Shown: positions 1-11,295 of the stretch, in pieces
Position numbering within the stretch: position 1 is the stretch's first letter
Layout of the letters: every line of letters starts with the position of its first letter
Origin: Mobula hypostoma
Lineage: Eukaryota
DNA length: 64,000 bases
Assembly (NCBI RefSeq): GCF_963921235.1
Contig: NC_086097.1
Span: 182,158,001 to 182,222,000 of the forward strand
Direction of reading: 5' to 3'
The notes under the pieces: generated by a model
Told to the model about the DNA's origin: nothing
The model's database searches: none
The model's input: the letters and a program-made list of their open reading frames with translations, nothing else
Program-made: the position numbers and the translations under genes

Positions 1-624
1 CTGCTGCATATGGATTTGTGGACTAAGATGTGAAATTGATTTGACTGGGAGGAAGTTAGTTTAAATTCTCAGATTCCTAATGTGCTCAGAAAAATAGAAA
101 GGATGAAGATAATTCTGCTGTAGTTCATTGAATGATACAGTTGAGCAATTGTCCATGTTGAAGGGCTGGTTGTTTTTAGGTCAACTGTAAGAGGTTCCTG
201 TTTACCTTTAGTACCAATTACTTGGTGTGACTGTTGAAATGCCCTGTTTATATTTAGTGGGGGTCTTTCACTATAACTGCACTGAGGTGGTTTATTCAGG
301 TTGAGGTTCTCACTGTGTCATTTTGATATTTTTAGCAGTCTTATGAGTATGAGTAATAGTTTTTAAAGACTGCCGTTACCATAGAAAGATTTCCCTTTAG
401 GTGAGTGGGTGTAGTGGTTGAGTTAAAGTGCAGGGGCAAGTTAAAGAAGCGGCTGCAGATTAGATGAGCTGAAAGCTATGAAAGTAGAAGATGTGAGACT
501 GAAGTCTGAAGTTGAGAATTGAAGAAAAGTTAGATGCAACTTTGGAGAGTAATTGGGCATCAACTTCTATTCAAGTTTGGGAACTTATTGGAAATGGCAG
601 TATATAGTAAAAAGCAGAACCATT

Positions 625-1285
625 AGAAGCACTGATATCCAGGATGATCTTGGGTGCAAGTCCATTGTTCGCTGAAAGTGGCAACACAAGTAGATAAGGT
701 GGTAAAGAAGATGTATGGCATACTTGCCTCAGTCAGTTGGGACATTTAGTTTAAATGTTGGTAAGATATGTTATGATTCCATAAGACTTCAGTTAGGCCA
801 TATCTGGAGTACTGTGTGTAGTTCTGGTCATCACGATATAGAAAGGATATGGTAGCTTTGAAGAGGGTGCAGAAAAACTTCACCAGGATGTTGCCTGGAT
901 TGGAATTTATTAGATTCAAGGAAAGATTGGACAAGCTTGTGTTGTTTTCTGTGACACATCAGAATGAGCCTTGACGTTTAGAGACCTGAGAGGTGAAAAT
1001 GGAGTCACAGGGAAATACAGCATTGGAAGTGGTCCCTCAAACCACTGTGTCCACACTGATTGTCTCGCACTCATTCACACTGATGCTACATCAATCTCCC
1101 AGAAGGTTGTGAATCTTTGGCAATTCCCACTCCAGAGATCTGTGGAGATTAAATCATTTAGATTTGAAGGCTAAGATAGAGTTTCAAAGAGTCAGGCAGT
1201 GAATTCCAGCTGAAGCTAAAGATCAGGCCATACAGGCTCAAAAGATGAAATGGATTTTCCTTTCCCACTGATGTTCCAGTTCTTC
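625..1285 (+). mobile_element. Degraded CR1 LINE ORF2 3' fragment
   Basis: It shows the CR1 RT C-terminal pattern (ctggagtactgtgtgtagttctggtca; gagggtgcagaaaaacttcaccaggatgttgcctgga), interrupted by a short opposite-strand CR1 tail near 1005-1090. Confidence 0.8.
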
Positions 1286-1371
1286 TCTAACTGGTCAGTC
1301 GGACCCAAGATGGATTATAGCATCCTTTTCTGGGCTCTATCAAGGAAAATATGGGGGAAATTTACCTTTAA

Positions 1372-2155
1372 ACACAGAACAATACAGCACAGGTTTGGGC
1401 CCTTCAGCCCACCATGTCTGTGGTGACCATGATGCCAACTTAAACTACTCATCTGTCTGTATGTGGTCTATATCCCTCCATTCCCTGCCTGTTCATATGT
1501 CTGTCTGAATGCCTCTTAAACTTTGCTGTTGTATCTGCTTCCACCACCATCCGGGCAGTGCATTCCAGGCACCCACTACTCTCTATGTAAAATAAGACTT
1601 GCCTCGCACAATTCCTTTAAACTTGTTCTCCTCTCACCTTAAACTTATGCTCTCTAGTATTTGGCATTCCCACCGGGAAAAAAGACAGTGCCCATGTACC
1701 CGGCCTGTTCTTCCCATAATTTTATAAATTGCTCTCAGGTCATCCTTCAGCCTCTGATGTTCCAGTCAGAATTTGTCAAACCTCTTCTTTAAACTAATAC
1801 TCTCTAATCTAGGTAATATCCTGATAAATCCCTCCCAAACCCTCTCTAAAGCTGCATACTGTGCTCCAAATATGGCCTTACCAATGTTTTATGCAGTTGC
1901 AACATGACATCTGGACTTTTATACTCATCACCTTATGTCTTATTCACCACACCATCTATTTATGTTGGCACTTTCAGGGAGCTATGGACTTGTATACAAG
2001 ATTCCTCAGTGCTGCTAGGATTTTGTCATTTACTGTTTATTATCCCTTACACTTAACCTTCTGAAGTATACCACCTCACACTAGTACAGACTAAACTTCA
2101 TCTGCCCACATTTCCAACAGATCTATATCCCACCGAGTACTTTGACAGCCTTCCT
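1372..2155 (-). mobile_element. CR1 LINE 3' fragment
   Basis: The typical antisense CR1 3' end (acagaacaatacagcacagg...ggcccttcagccc) is followed by decayed ORF2. Confidence 0.8.
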
Positions 2156-4299
2156 CAGATTCAGATCAGGTTCAGGTGTATTTACCACATATACATAGAA
2201 ACATACAGTGAAATGTGTTGTTTGCGTAAACAACCAACACACCGAAGGGTGTGCTTGGAGCAGCTCACAACTGTTACCTCTCCTTAACTCCATCAAACTT
2301 GTGACATCTGCAAACTTACAAATCAGGCCACCTACATTTTTGCCCAAACTATTTAAACAAGATTGTAGCTCAATGTGAGAAACTTCAGTTCTGTTCAAGG
2401 TCCAGAGGAGATTTTCTTTCAATAATTGTTGTAATTGGGAATTCACTGGGGTGGTGAAATATCTAAAAGTGAGCTGGTTAAATAGGTTTGATATGAAGGT
2501 TGGGATTACTAAACCAGCATGGAGCAGCTTTTCTGTTTTTTTTTAGCTTCTTCCCTTTTCTATTCCTCTCCCACCCCCTAGTAACCACATTCCATGTTCC
2601 AACATTTACCTGAACTGCGAATTCCCCCGTCTTATTGACACCTTGTATGTGTTACTGCATGCCAACTAAAAGTCAAGGCTTGTTGCTTTACAAGTACAAT
2701 GACTGCTCGGGAATTTATCAGCCAATTGCTGGCCTCCATTTGCTTGACATTAGAGATGATACAAATTCTTCAGCAGTAAAGTTACAGCCTTCAAAGGTCA
2801 GCCTGTAGGGAGCTGTTGGAGAATGTTGGCCATGCTAAAAGGTCTTGGGGAGAGAGGTTCTGAGCTGCAGTATCCTCTGCTCCTCAGGAAAGGTGCACAT
2901 TCACCACCACTCCACAAGCCTCACACAATAAATAACCTTGCAATTCTAGATCAATGGCAGTGAATTATCAACAAGAGAATCCTTCTGCTAGGAGTGATCA
3001 GATAGTTTGGACAGCATCTGGCTTCAATGGCTGTGGCTTGCTTCTCTTCATTCATCTTGTTTCTGTTGTATTATTGCACCATTCTCAGTGCGTCTCAATG
3101 TTTTCTGTTGAAAATGGATCATGCCACTGAAAGCTGGAGGTCCAAGTACTTGATTAGCCAGGCAGAGTGGTTAATGCTCAGCTTCCATAACCTGTACCAT
3201 CTGGTTTTGGTTCCATGTTGGAAGTTAACATCAGATTGAGTCAATCCAACTAGTGGGAATCATTGCAGACAGTCACTGTTAGCTGATTCTTTTGGAGATC
3301 ACTCATCCATGTTTTTAAAGTCCTCAAGACAAATTCACTTCAATAGTTTAGTACTTGTATAGCCAAAGAAAGGAATGGTTTCCAACTAGCATTAAGTGCG
3401 GAAGAATGGAAGATATTTGTGTGTGAAAGGTACAGTGCAAGCAGGAATGGTACGGTACAGTTGATCACCCAGTTCCGGGAGAGCTAATGTGGAAAAAGCA
3501 ATAGATTTAATGTCAAAGAATTCGAAGAGGTAGTCGTGTAAAAAGATTCAGAGATGGTTGGAATTAGTTAATTATTCTCATGTACCAAGAAACAGTGAAA
3601 AAAATTGTCTTGCATACTGTTCATACAGATCAGATCAATAGACAGTGCACTGAGGTAGTATAAGGCAAAACAATAAAAGAATGCAGAATAAAATTAACAG
3701 CTACAGAGGAAATGCAGTGCAGACAGACTATAAGGTACAAGGTCATAACAATGCAGATTGTGAAGTCCAGGGTCTAGCTTTGTGGGTCAGAGATGACATC
3801 CTCAGGCAGAGGTAGATGCTTAGAAGGGAAAGAGCCAGGTTGAGAAACATTGAAGAGACTTTTAGATAGGCACATTGATGAAAAAAGAATGGAAAGTTAT
3901 TGGATATGCAAGCGGGACAGGATAGATTGATTATGGAGCTGGTTAAATTTACATGACAATGTGGGCCAAATGGCCCCTACAGTGCTGTAATGTTCTGTGC
4001 TCTTTGTTAGACAGGGATTGTACAGGTAGGAAGGCTCGTCAGGAGAGACACCTGCTTCTATCATATCCAACACCAATGAGTTGGATTTGGGCCATCTGTC
4101 AACAGCTGGGACAGCTATCTCCAGTCTCCTGCAGACCCATATTCACCGTGACGGCTGTGGAGCAGTCCACATCTTGGTCATACTGCTTGCCTGATCATCC
4201 TAACACCAGCCTTCACTTGCAGCATGGAAACAACCCCTTTACTCCAATGTGTCCACGCCATCCATCGCCTACCCATCAATGCTGAATCCATTTACCAGC

Positions 4300-5990
4300 T
4301 CATGCTTTTAGCTTCCTGTGCTTTGGCAATTCAATTGCTGTTTAGGTATTGTTTGTATTTTGTGAGATCATTTGCTTCCACCTCCACGCAGATTCTATTT
4401 ACCCCTGGGCAAGAAAAATTCTTCCTCAGATCCCTTCTCAACATCATCTCTCCCTGCTCTAAACTATTGTCCTCTAGTCATCGGTACCTTTGTTCTGGGG
4501 CTAACTTTCCCATTGCCCATCCTATTATTACCCCTCATAACTTTGTACATTACTGTGAGATTCCCCTCAGCTCCAATGAAAACAAACCCAGCCCAACCAG
4601 TTTCTCCTCGTAACTAAAACACTGCATCCCAGGCAATATCCTGGCGAATTTTTCTGCGTCCTCTCCAGTGCAATTCCTGGAGTAAACCGATCAGAACTCA
4701 CACAGTACTCACGAATGTTTTGTAAAATTGTACCTGCTTGTACATTCAATGCACTGGCTAATAAAGACCAGTATTCATATACCTTCTTCACTACTGTCTA
4801 CGAGTCCCTCTCTACTAGTGTTGCTGACTTCAGGGACTTCTGGACTTGCTCTCAGATGTCCCTCTGATCCTCAGCACTCCATACAGCCCTACTATTTATT
4901 GCATAAGTCACACTCTTATAATTCCTTCAAATCAGTATCACTTATAATAATTATATTGCTGCTAATATTGTCAATGTCATCTTGTAACTTCAGACAATCC
5001 TTATCAACAGCACCAATTTTCATGTTGCCCGCAAACCTACTAATTCTATCTTCTAAATTCATGTTCAAATGGTTAACGTATATGACTACTGTAATGGTCC
5101 CAGCATTGACCACTGGTCACAGACTTCTATTCATAAAAATACCTTTCCACCATCCCCTCTACCTTCTTTCACCAAGCTAATTTTGTATCCAATTTGTCTA
5201 CTTGTTTAGATCCCAGTACTCTAACCTTTTGGACCTATCTCCCACCTGGGATCCTGTCAAAGGCTTCATTGAAGAACATGTAGACAACACCATTTTCACT
5301 GCCCTCATCAACATGTTTTATCACCCCTTCAAAAAATTCTATCAAATACGTTAGACAAGGCCTGCCACTAACAAAGCCATACTGACTATCTTCAATTTAA
5401 CCCTGCCTTTCCAAGTGCTGGCTAATCCTGGCCCTCCAGAATTAATTATTTTTTCATATAATTTCCTACTGCTGATGTAAGAGTCACCGGTTCATAATTA
5501 CCTAACTTATCTCTGCTGTTCTTGAATAAAGGTATCAAATAAAGGTCAGCAAAGATTTAAACTGAAAACTCCAGTAATCTCCTCCCTTGCTGCCCATAGC
5601 ATCCTGGGGAACATCTCACTGGGTCCTGGGGATTTATCTATTTTTAAATCTGTTAGCACACCTTATACCTGTTTCTGTTTAATGGTGACACATTACAGAA
5701 TTTCACTGCCCCTTTCCTGAATTTTACAGCTTCAATGCTTTTTTACTTAGCAAATACAGATGAGAGGCTTTCACCTATGTTCCCTGGTTTCACACACAAG
5801 TTGCCCCTTTGCTCTCTAACATTACATAATCTTTCCATGGTTACCTTCATGCCCTTAGTAAACTTAAAAAGTTTTTGGATTTTCCTTAATCCTGCCTGCC
5901 GTTGGTATTTGGCCCTCTGTCCTTGCTCCCTTGGTTTCTTTTGTAAGGACTTTGTCTGCTTTCCATGTTCCTGATGGGTCACCCCAGTGC
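4300..5990 (-). mobile_element. Old degraded CR1 LINE (RT region)
   Basis: Minus-strand ORF remnants read ISRFAGNMKIGAVDKDCLKLQDDID (4916-5113) and KFTKGMKVTMERLCNVREQRGNLC...SSVFAK (5743-5982). Confidence 0.75.
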
Positions 5991-6989
5991 TTTAGTCTGC
6001 AGTTGAATGTAGTGACGATTATGAACTACTCAATTCATAGTGCAGGAAAACTGGGTTCATAATAGCGTGACGTTGGGCTGAGTAGATGCAATTTTTAAAC
6101 TAGGAGGGCTATGTACCTGTAAATATTCAGAGCCCAGGGCTAAGAGAGCTGCAATGATTGTGCTGGGTACAAGAGTATATGCACTTTCTGTTACAAGCTG
6201 GTTAGTTCCTAAGCTTAATTGTGATCAACCTTTCAGTGGCTTTGCTGTCAAGATTTATAACTAAATCTGTTGAGGTGCTAGGAATGCCACATAGCAAAAG
6301 TTGAAATCATCAGGATGGGAATTGCAAAAGTGGACGGAGAAGGAAATGGGAGCCAAAGTTGCCCAATTGATTTGGAAAAGGAAACAGATTTAGAAATGGA
6401 TAAAAAAGAAAGAGCTCGTGGAATTATCGAGATGTTCAGCACAGAATGAGGCCATTTAGCTCAATATTTCTTTGTTAGCAAAAAGAGTCCATTTAGTGTA
6501 CACACACTTCCCACGTGCATTTAGTTATAAGACTTTCTGCCTGTACCACCTTCCAGGGAATGAGTTCCAGAACCCTACTGCTCATTAGGTGAATTTAAAT
6601 TTTCCTTGGTTCCCTCTAAGTCTTTGATCTACCTATAAAGTAAAATAAATCCTCTTAATTCAGGCTTTCTCAGCCATTTATAACTTTTACATGTTAAATC
6701 TCTCCTAAGTCTTTTTAGTTACAAAGAAAACTAACCCGTTCAGCTTGGTCTATCCCCATAAATTTAACCCTTGCATATATACTTTCCAGTGTTACCACAC
6801 CTTTCTGAATTAATGAGGTCAACACTGCAGACAACATTTGTGTTTTAAGGAGTATATTCAGTTCTAAATTAAGCAGAGAGCAAAGCTGGTTATTGGGAAT
6901 GTTAGAATGGGATTCCATAAGAGAGAAGCATAATCTAAAATAAACTAAGATGTTAAAGTATAAATAAAATCAAATCAATTAAATTGGTA

Positions 6990-8850
6990 TTAAATTGAAA
7001 ATGGGAGCGTACGAAGTGGCATGGTTGGTGATGGACCAGAGGACTGAGAAGTCTTTAAGGATCCAGCGGCAGAAGACTACAAAGCTCATAATATGGTAGA
7101 ATTTTGGGAGAAACTTTACATGTTGAATAAAAGCAAACTGTAAAAGTTTCTATGGATTAATGGATAGGAAGAGGGCAGTTAAAGTAAATGTGGGGCCTCC
7201 AGAGTATAAAGTTGGTGAATTAATAACAGCAAACAAAAAGGCGGATACGTTGAATAACTCTTTTGCATCAGTCTTCACTGTGGAAGACATTGTTAATATA
7301 CTTAAGTTATTACATGAGGTAACATAGCAGAAGTTACAAAAATCCCAATTACAAGAGATAAAGTATTGAGAAACTCAGGGGCAAAAGACAGATAAGTCAC
7401 CATGACTGAAAGGACTACACACTAGGGTTTTAAAGGAAATGGCTGCAAAGACAGTGGATCCATTGGTTAAAAGCAGCTGATTTGATTTGTTCAAAAAAGG
7501 GAAAAGACAGAAGGCAAAAGAACTACCGGTATCAATTGTGATGTGGAAGGGCATTTTGTGATAAAGGTAATCTGATTCTGCAGTGGGATGTGGATAGAGT
7601 GAAGGAGTGGATAAAGGTGTGGAACTGGAGTGCAGTGTGGGGAAGTGTGAACTCATGCCCTTAAGAAAGAAAAATGGAAATAAGAGTCATAGAATACTGC
7701 AGCATGGAACCAGGCCCCTTTGGCACATTTAGTCTGTGCCGATTTTTTCTGCCTAGTCCCATCTACCTGTACCCAGACCATAGCCCTCCATGCCCCTGTC
7801 ATCCGTGTACCTATTCAAACTTATCTTAAATGTTGCAATGAACCTACACCTACCATTTTTACTGCCAGCTCATTCCACAATCGCACCAACCTCTGAGTGA
7901 AGAAGTTCCTCCTCAGGTTCCCTTTAAACATTTCACCTTCCACCCTAATCCTATGACCTCTAGTTCAATTCTAACCCATCCTCAGGGGGGAAAGCCTGCA
8001 TGTATTTCCCCTATCCATGCCCCTCATAATTTTGTGTAACTCTATAAGATCTCCCCCTTATTCTCATACATTATAGGGAATAAAGTCCAAACCTATTCAA
8101 TCTTTCTCTATAACTCAGGCACTCCAGCCGGCAGATTATTGGCTAAGTAGGGAGAGATTGTAAGTGAATGAAGTTCAGAGGCATCGAGGTGTTTTAGTGC
8201 ATGAACACGAAATGCTAACTGCCAGGTCTAACAAGTACCTTAGAAGGCAATTGGCATTTTGACCTTCATTGCAAAGGAATTGGAGTTTAAAATTAAGGAG
8301 GTTTTGTTGCAATTACATGGTGTCGGTGAGGCTACACCTGGAGTATTGTGCAGTTTTGTTCACCTTACCTAAAATGGACATAACAACATCAGAGGTAGAC
8401 GCAAAGGAGATTCACATAGTTTGTCGTGCCAAGAGAGGCTGAATAGTTGGGTCTATATTCTTTGGAGGTTAGATGAATGAGGGGTAGTGATATTCAAACA
8501 CATAAGATCCGCAGGGGACCTGATAAGTGATGTTGGGATATTTTCAGCAGTGAGGGAGTAACAATCAAGGGGACATAACTGCAAGGTAAGGGGCTGGTCA
8601 TTTAAAACTAAGGTGTGTCAAAACCTCCACAAAGGGTGATGGATCTCTGCAATTCTCTGCCTAGTGGGTAGTGGAAGCTGAATCATTAGAAGTATTTAAA
8701 GTGGCGGTGGATAAAGATTTGATAGATGAGGAACAGAAAGGTACGAAGAAATGTCACAGAGAGGAGATGAGGCAGTTGTGATCACCATATTGTATGGTGG
8801 GGCTGACTGAAGAGGTCGAATGGCCTTTTTCTGTTGCTATTTTGTTATCT
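6990..8850 (+). mobile_element. Degraded CR1 LINE with a nested antisense CR1 3' end (~7683-8125)
   Basis: CR1 ORF2 motifs (ttttgcatcagtcttcactgtggaagac; ctggagtattgtgcagttttg) are interrupted by an agagtcatagaatactgcagcatggaaccagg... tail in the opposite orientation. Confidence 0.75.
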
Positions 8851-9528
8851 AGAAATCAGAATGGAAAAAGAGAGAACAGAAAAGGATGGATTTGTCACAT
8901 TGATAGCAGTGTTCTGGACTTATAATGGGACTTTGACTATGTGTTGGAACTGTCTGCTGGGCAGCAGAGTTGAGGCTGATAGAGATTAGAGTGCAAACTA
9001 GAGATGAATGGATGAATTAGACAGGCCAGTGGGGAACCTGGCAGATTTCAAAGAATTGTAGGTAGACAACAGGGAGTTGAAGCAGTGAGGTAATGTAGCA
9101 GCTCAGGATAAAGACCACAGATGAATAAACTAGAGAATTGGAAGCAGATTATTGTGAATAGATTTGGTTCCTTGAGGTTGATAACACTTGCTCCATGGAG
9201 CATGAAAGCATTGAATTCTGATCAATACATTTGATCAATTGGTTCCATTGCTGAACCCCTGGTTTCAAGTATTTCAAGGCCTGAGGATGAATTCCTGTAC
9301 CTCACCTATTCCGGGCCAACACTGGGGACTGGCTGTTCTGTGCCAGGAGACTGAAGCTTGAAGCTTGAGACCTTCAGGCCAATCTCTGCAGTCATTCACC
9401 ACCCTCCATTGTCTGATGTAACGCACTAGGCCATTTAACCATGAATGCTCTTCGATCATACCTTGCCGTCTGTCCCCCACCCCCATGAAATTTATCATGC
9501 TTTTTTCTTTCCCATTATTTTCCTGTAG

Positions 9529-9657
9529 GCTTCGTTGGCGATTTGGCGCCATTGCTGAGTCTTGTTGCTTGAGGATCTCCTCAGTTCTGCCGAGGCATCC
9601 TCAATCCTAGTTGAAAGTGCAGTGTTCAGCCAAACGGAACGCTACACTTGGCGAAAG
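9529..9657 (+). other. Candidate non-coding/poison cassette exon with hairpin potential
   Basis: A strong pyrimidine tract ends in tcctgtag| and the far end reads aag|gtatga. The 129 nt contain 7 CpG and stops in all three frames. Confidence 0.4.
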
Positions 9658-10146
9658 GTATGATCGAGTGAGTGATAGCTGCTCACCATTGCACATCTTC
9701 ATTCTCCTACACTGCACAGGCGGTGGGCTTTGGGAGGGGCCCGCCTGTAATTGGCCATTGTAAATAATCCTGAGTCTGTGTGTGAGAGATAGAGTCTGGG
9801 AGGGTAATCAAAAAAGGATTCACATAAAGTTGATGTAACTACGTGATTAATGGTCTGGGTGGATTCAATGGGCTGAAGGGCCTGTCTGCATGCTACATCT
9901 GTCCATGACTCAGTGAACTCTCTCACCTCAGCCCCACTTTGTTTCACCAGCCAAGAACCTGTGTGTCACCAGTGCATATGCACAATGAACTTGACATTGA
10001 CTTTAAACAGTGTATTCAGGTCTTAACTATCCATGTTGCAGTCAAGCTAATGACACTAATGATATTTGCCTGCTTCAAGGCATATTCCTCTAGCTGCTGT
10101 TTTGCACAGTCCCACCTCCTCTAGGATGTTGACCTGTTTTTTCTTT

Positions 10147-11295
10147 AGAGTCATAGAGCACTACAGCAACAGAAATAAGCCTTTCAGCCTATCTAGTCCA
10201 TGCCAGCCTGATAATCCTAGTCCCATTCTACCTGCACCTGGACCATAGCCCTCCAAACTCCTAATCCACATACCAATCCAAACTTTTTAAATGTTAAAAT
10301 TGATCTCTCATCTACTACTTCCGTTGACAGCACATTCCAGACTTGTACCACCCTCTGTGTGAAGAAGTTACCCATTAATTCTGGGAGTGAACCCCATCTT
10401 TACCTCTTTCCCCAGTCCGGTCAGCTTTGTGTTCTACACCTGCATTTACCTCTGTACGTGTATAAAAACTAAGGCACTTCCCCATGTCCAACAGAGCTTT
10501 ATTTTCAAACTTATTTTGTTTCATTCAGTGAAGCAAGTTCTGCAGATGGGTAAAGAAACATCTTCCCCAGGTTTTCTCTGTGTTGTGTTTCCTCAGTCTA
10601 GTTATTTTCTTCTGTAATAGAACTGTATAGCACAGAAACACGCCCTTCAGCTCATTTTGTCTTTGCCAAAGTTTTTGCCTTATCTGTGTAATCCTACTTG
10701 CTAGAATTAACTCCCTGTCCCTCTATGCCCTGCTCATTCAAGAACCTGTCAAATGCTATTTGAATGTTGTTACTGTTCCTGCCTTCACCATCTCTGGTAG
10801 CTCATTCCTGATAGCAATTACTTTTTGTAATTAGTTCCTGGAATGTAAATTGCAATAGTATTGTAGAGTATCAAATCCCTTGCATCTGCCCATTATTGGC
10901 CCTCCTGCTGCCCTCCTTCGCAAGCTCCGTCACTGTCATACAGCATGGAAACAGGTCCTTCGGCCCAACTCATAAATGCTGAGAAGTCTACCAGAACTCG
11001 TCCCTTTGGCCATATCTTTGGTCTTATCAATGTACCTCCGAGTACCTTTTCAACATTTGTTATAGTTCCACTCTACCAGCTCCTGTGGCAGCTCACTCCA
11101 TATATCCACCACCTTCTGTGCAGAAAAACTTTCCCCTCAGGTCCCCTTGAAATGTTTCTCCCCTCACCTGTGCTCTCTAGTTTTAGACTCCCCTACCCTG
11201 GGAAAAAGACAGTAAACATTCACCTTTATTTATGCCCTTCATGATTTTATAAGGTCACCCCTTAGCTCCAAAGAAAATAATCCCATCCTATCCAG
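10147..11295 (-). mobile_element. Cluster of three short 5'-truncated CR1 3' ends (~10147-10380, ~10618-10830, ~10935-11295)
   Basis: Each begins with the antisense CR1 terminus (acagca..gaaaca..cc.ttc.gc). Confidence 0.7.
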
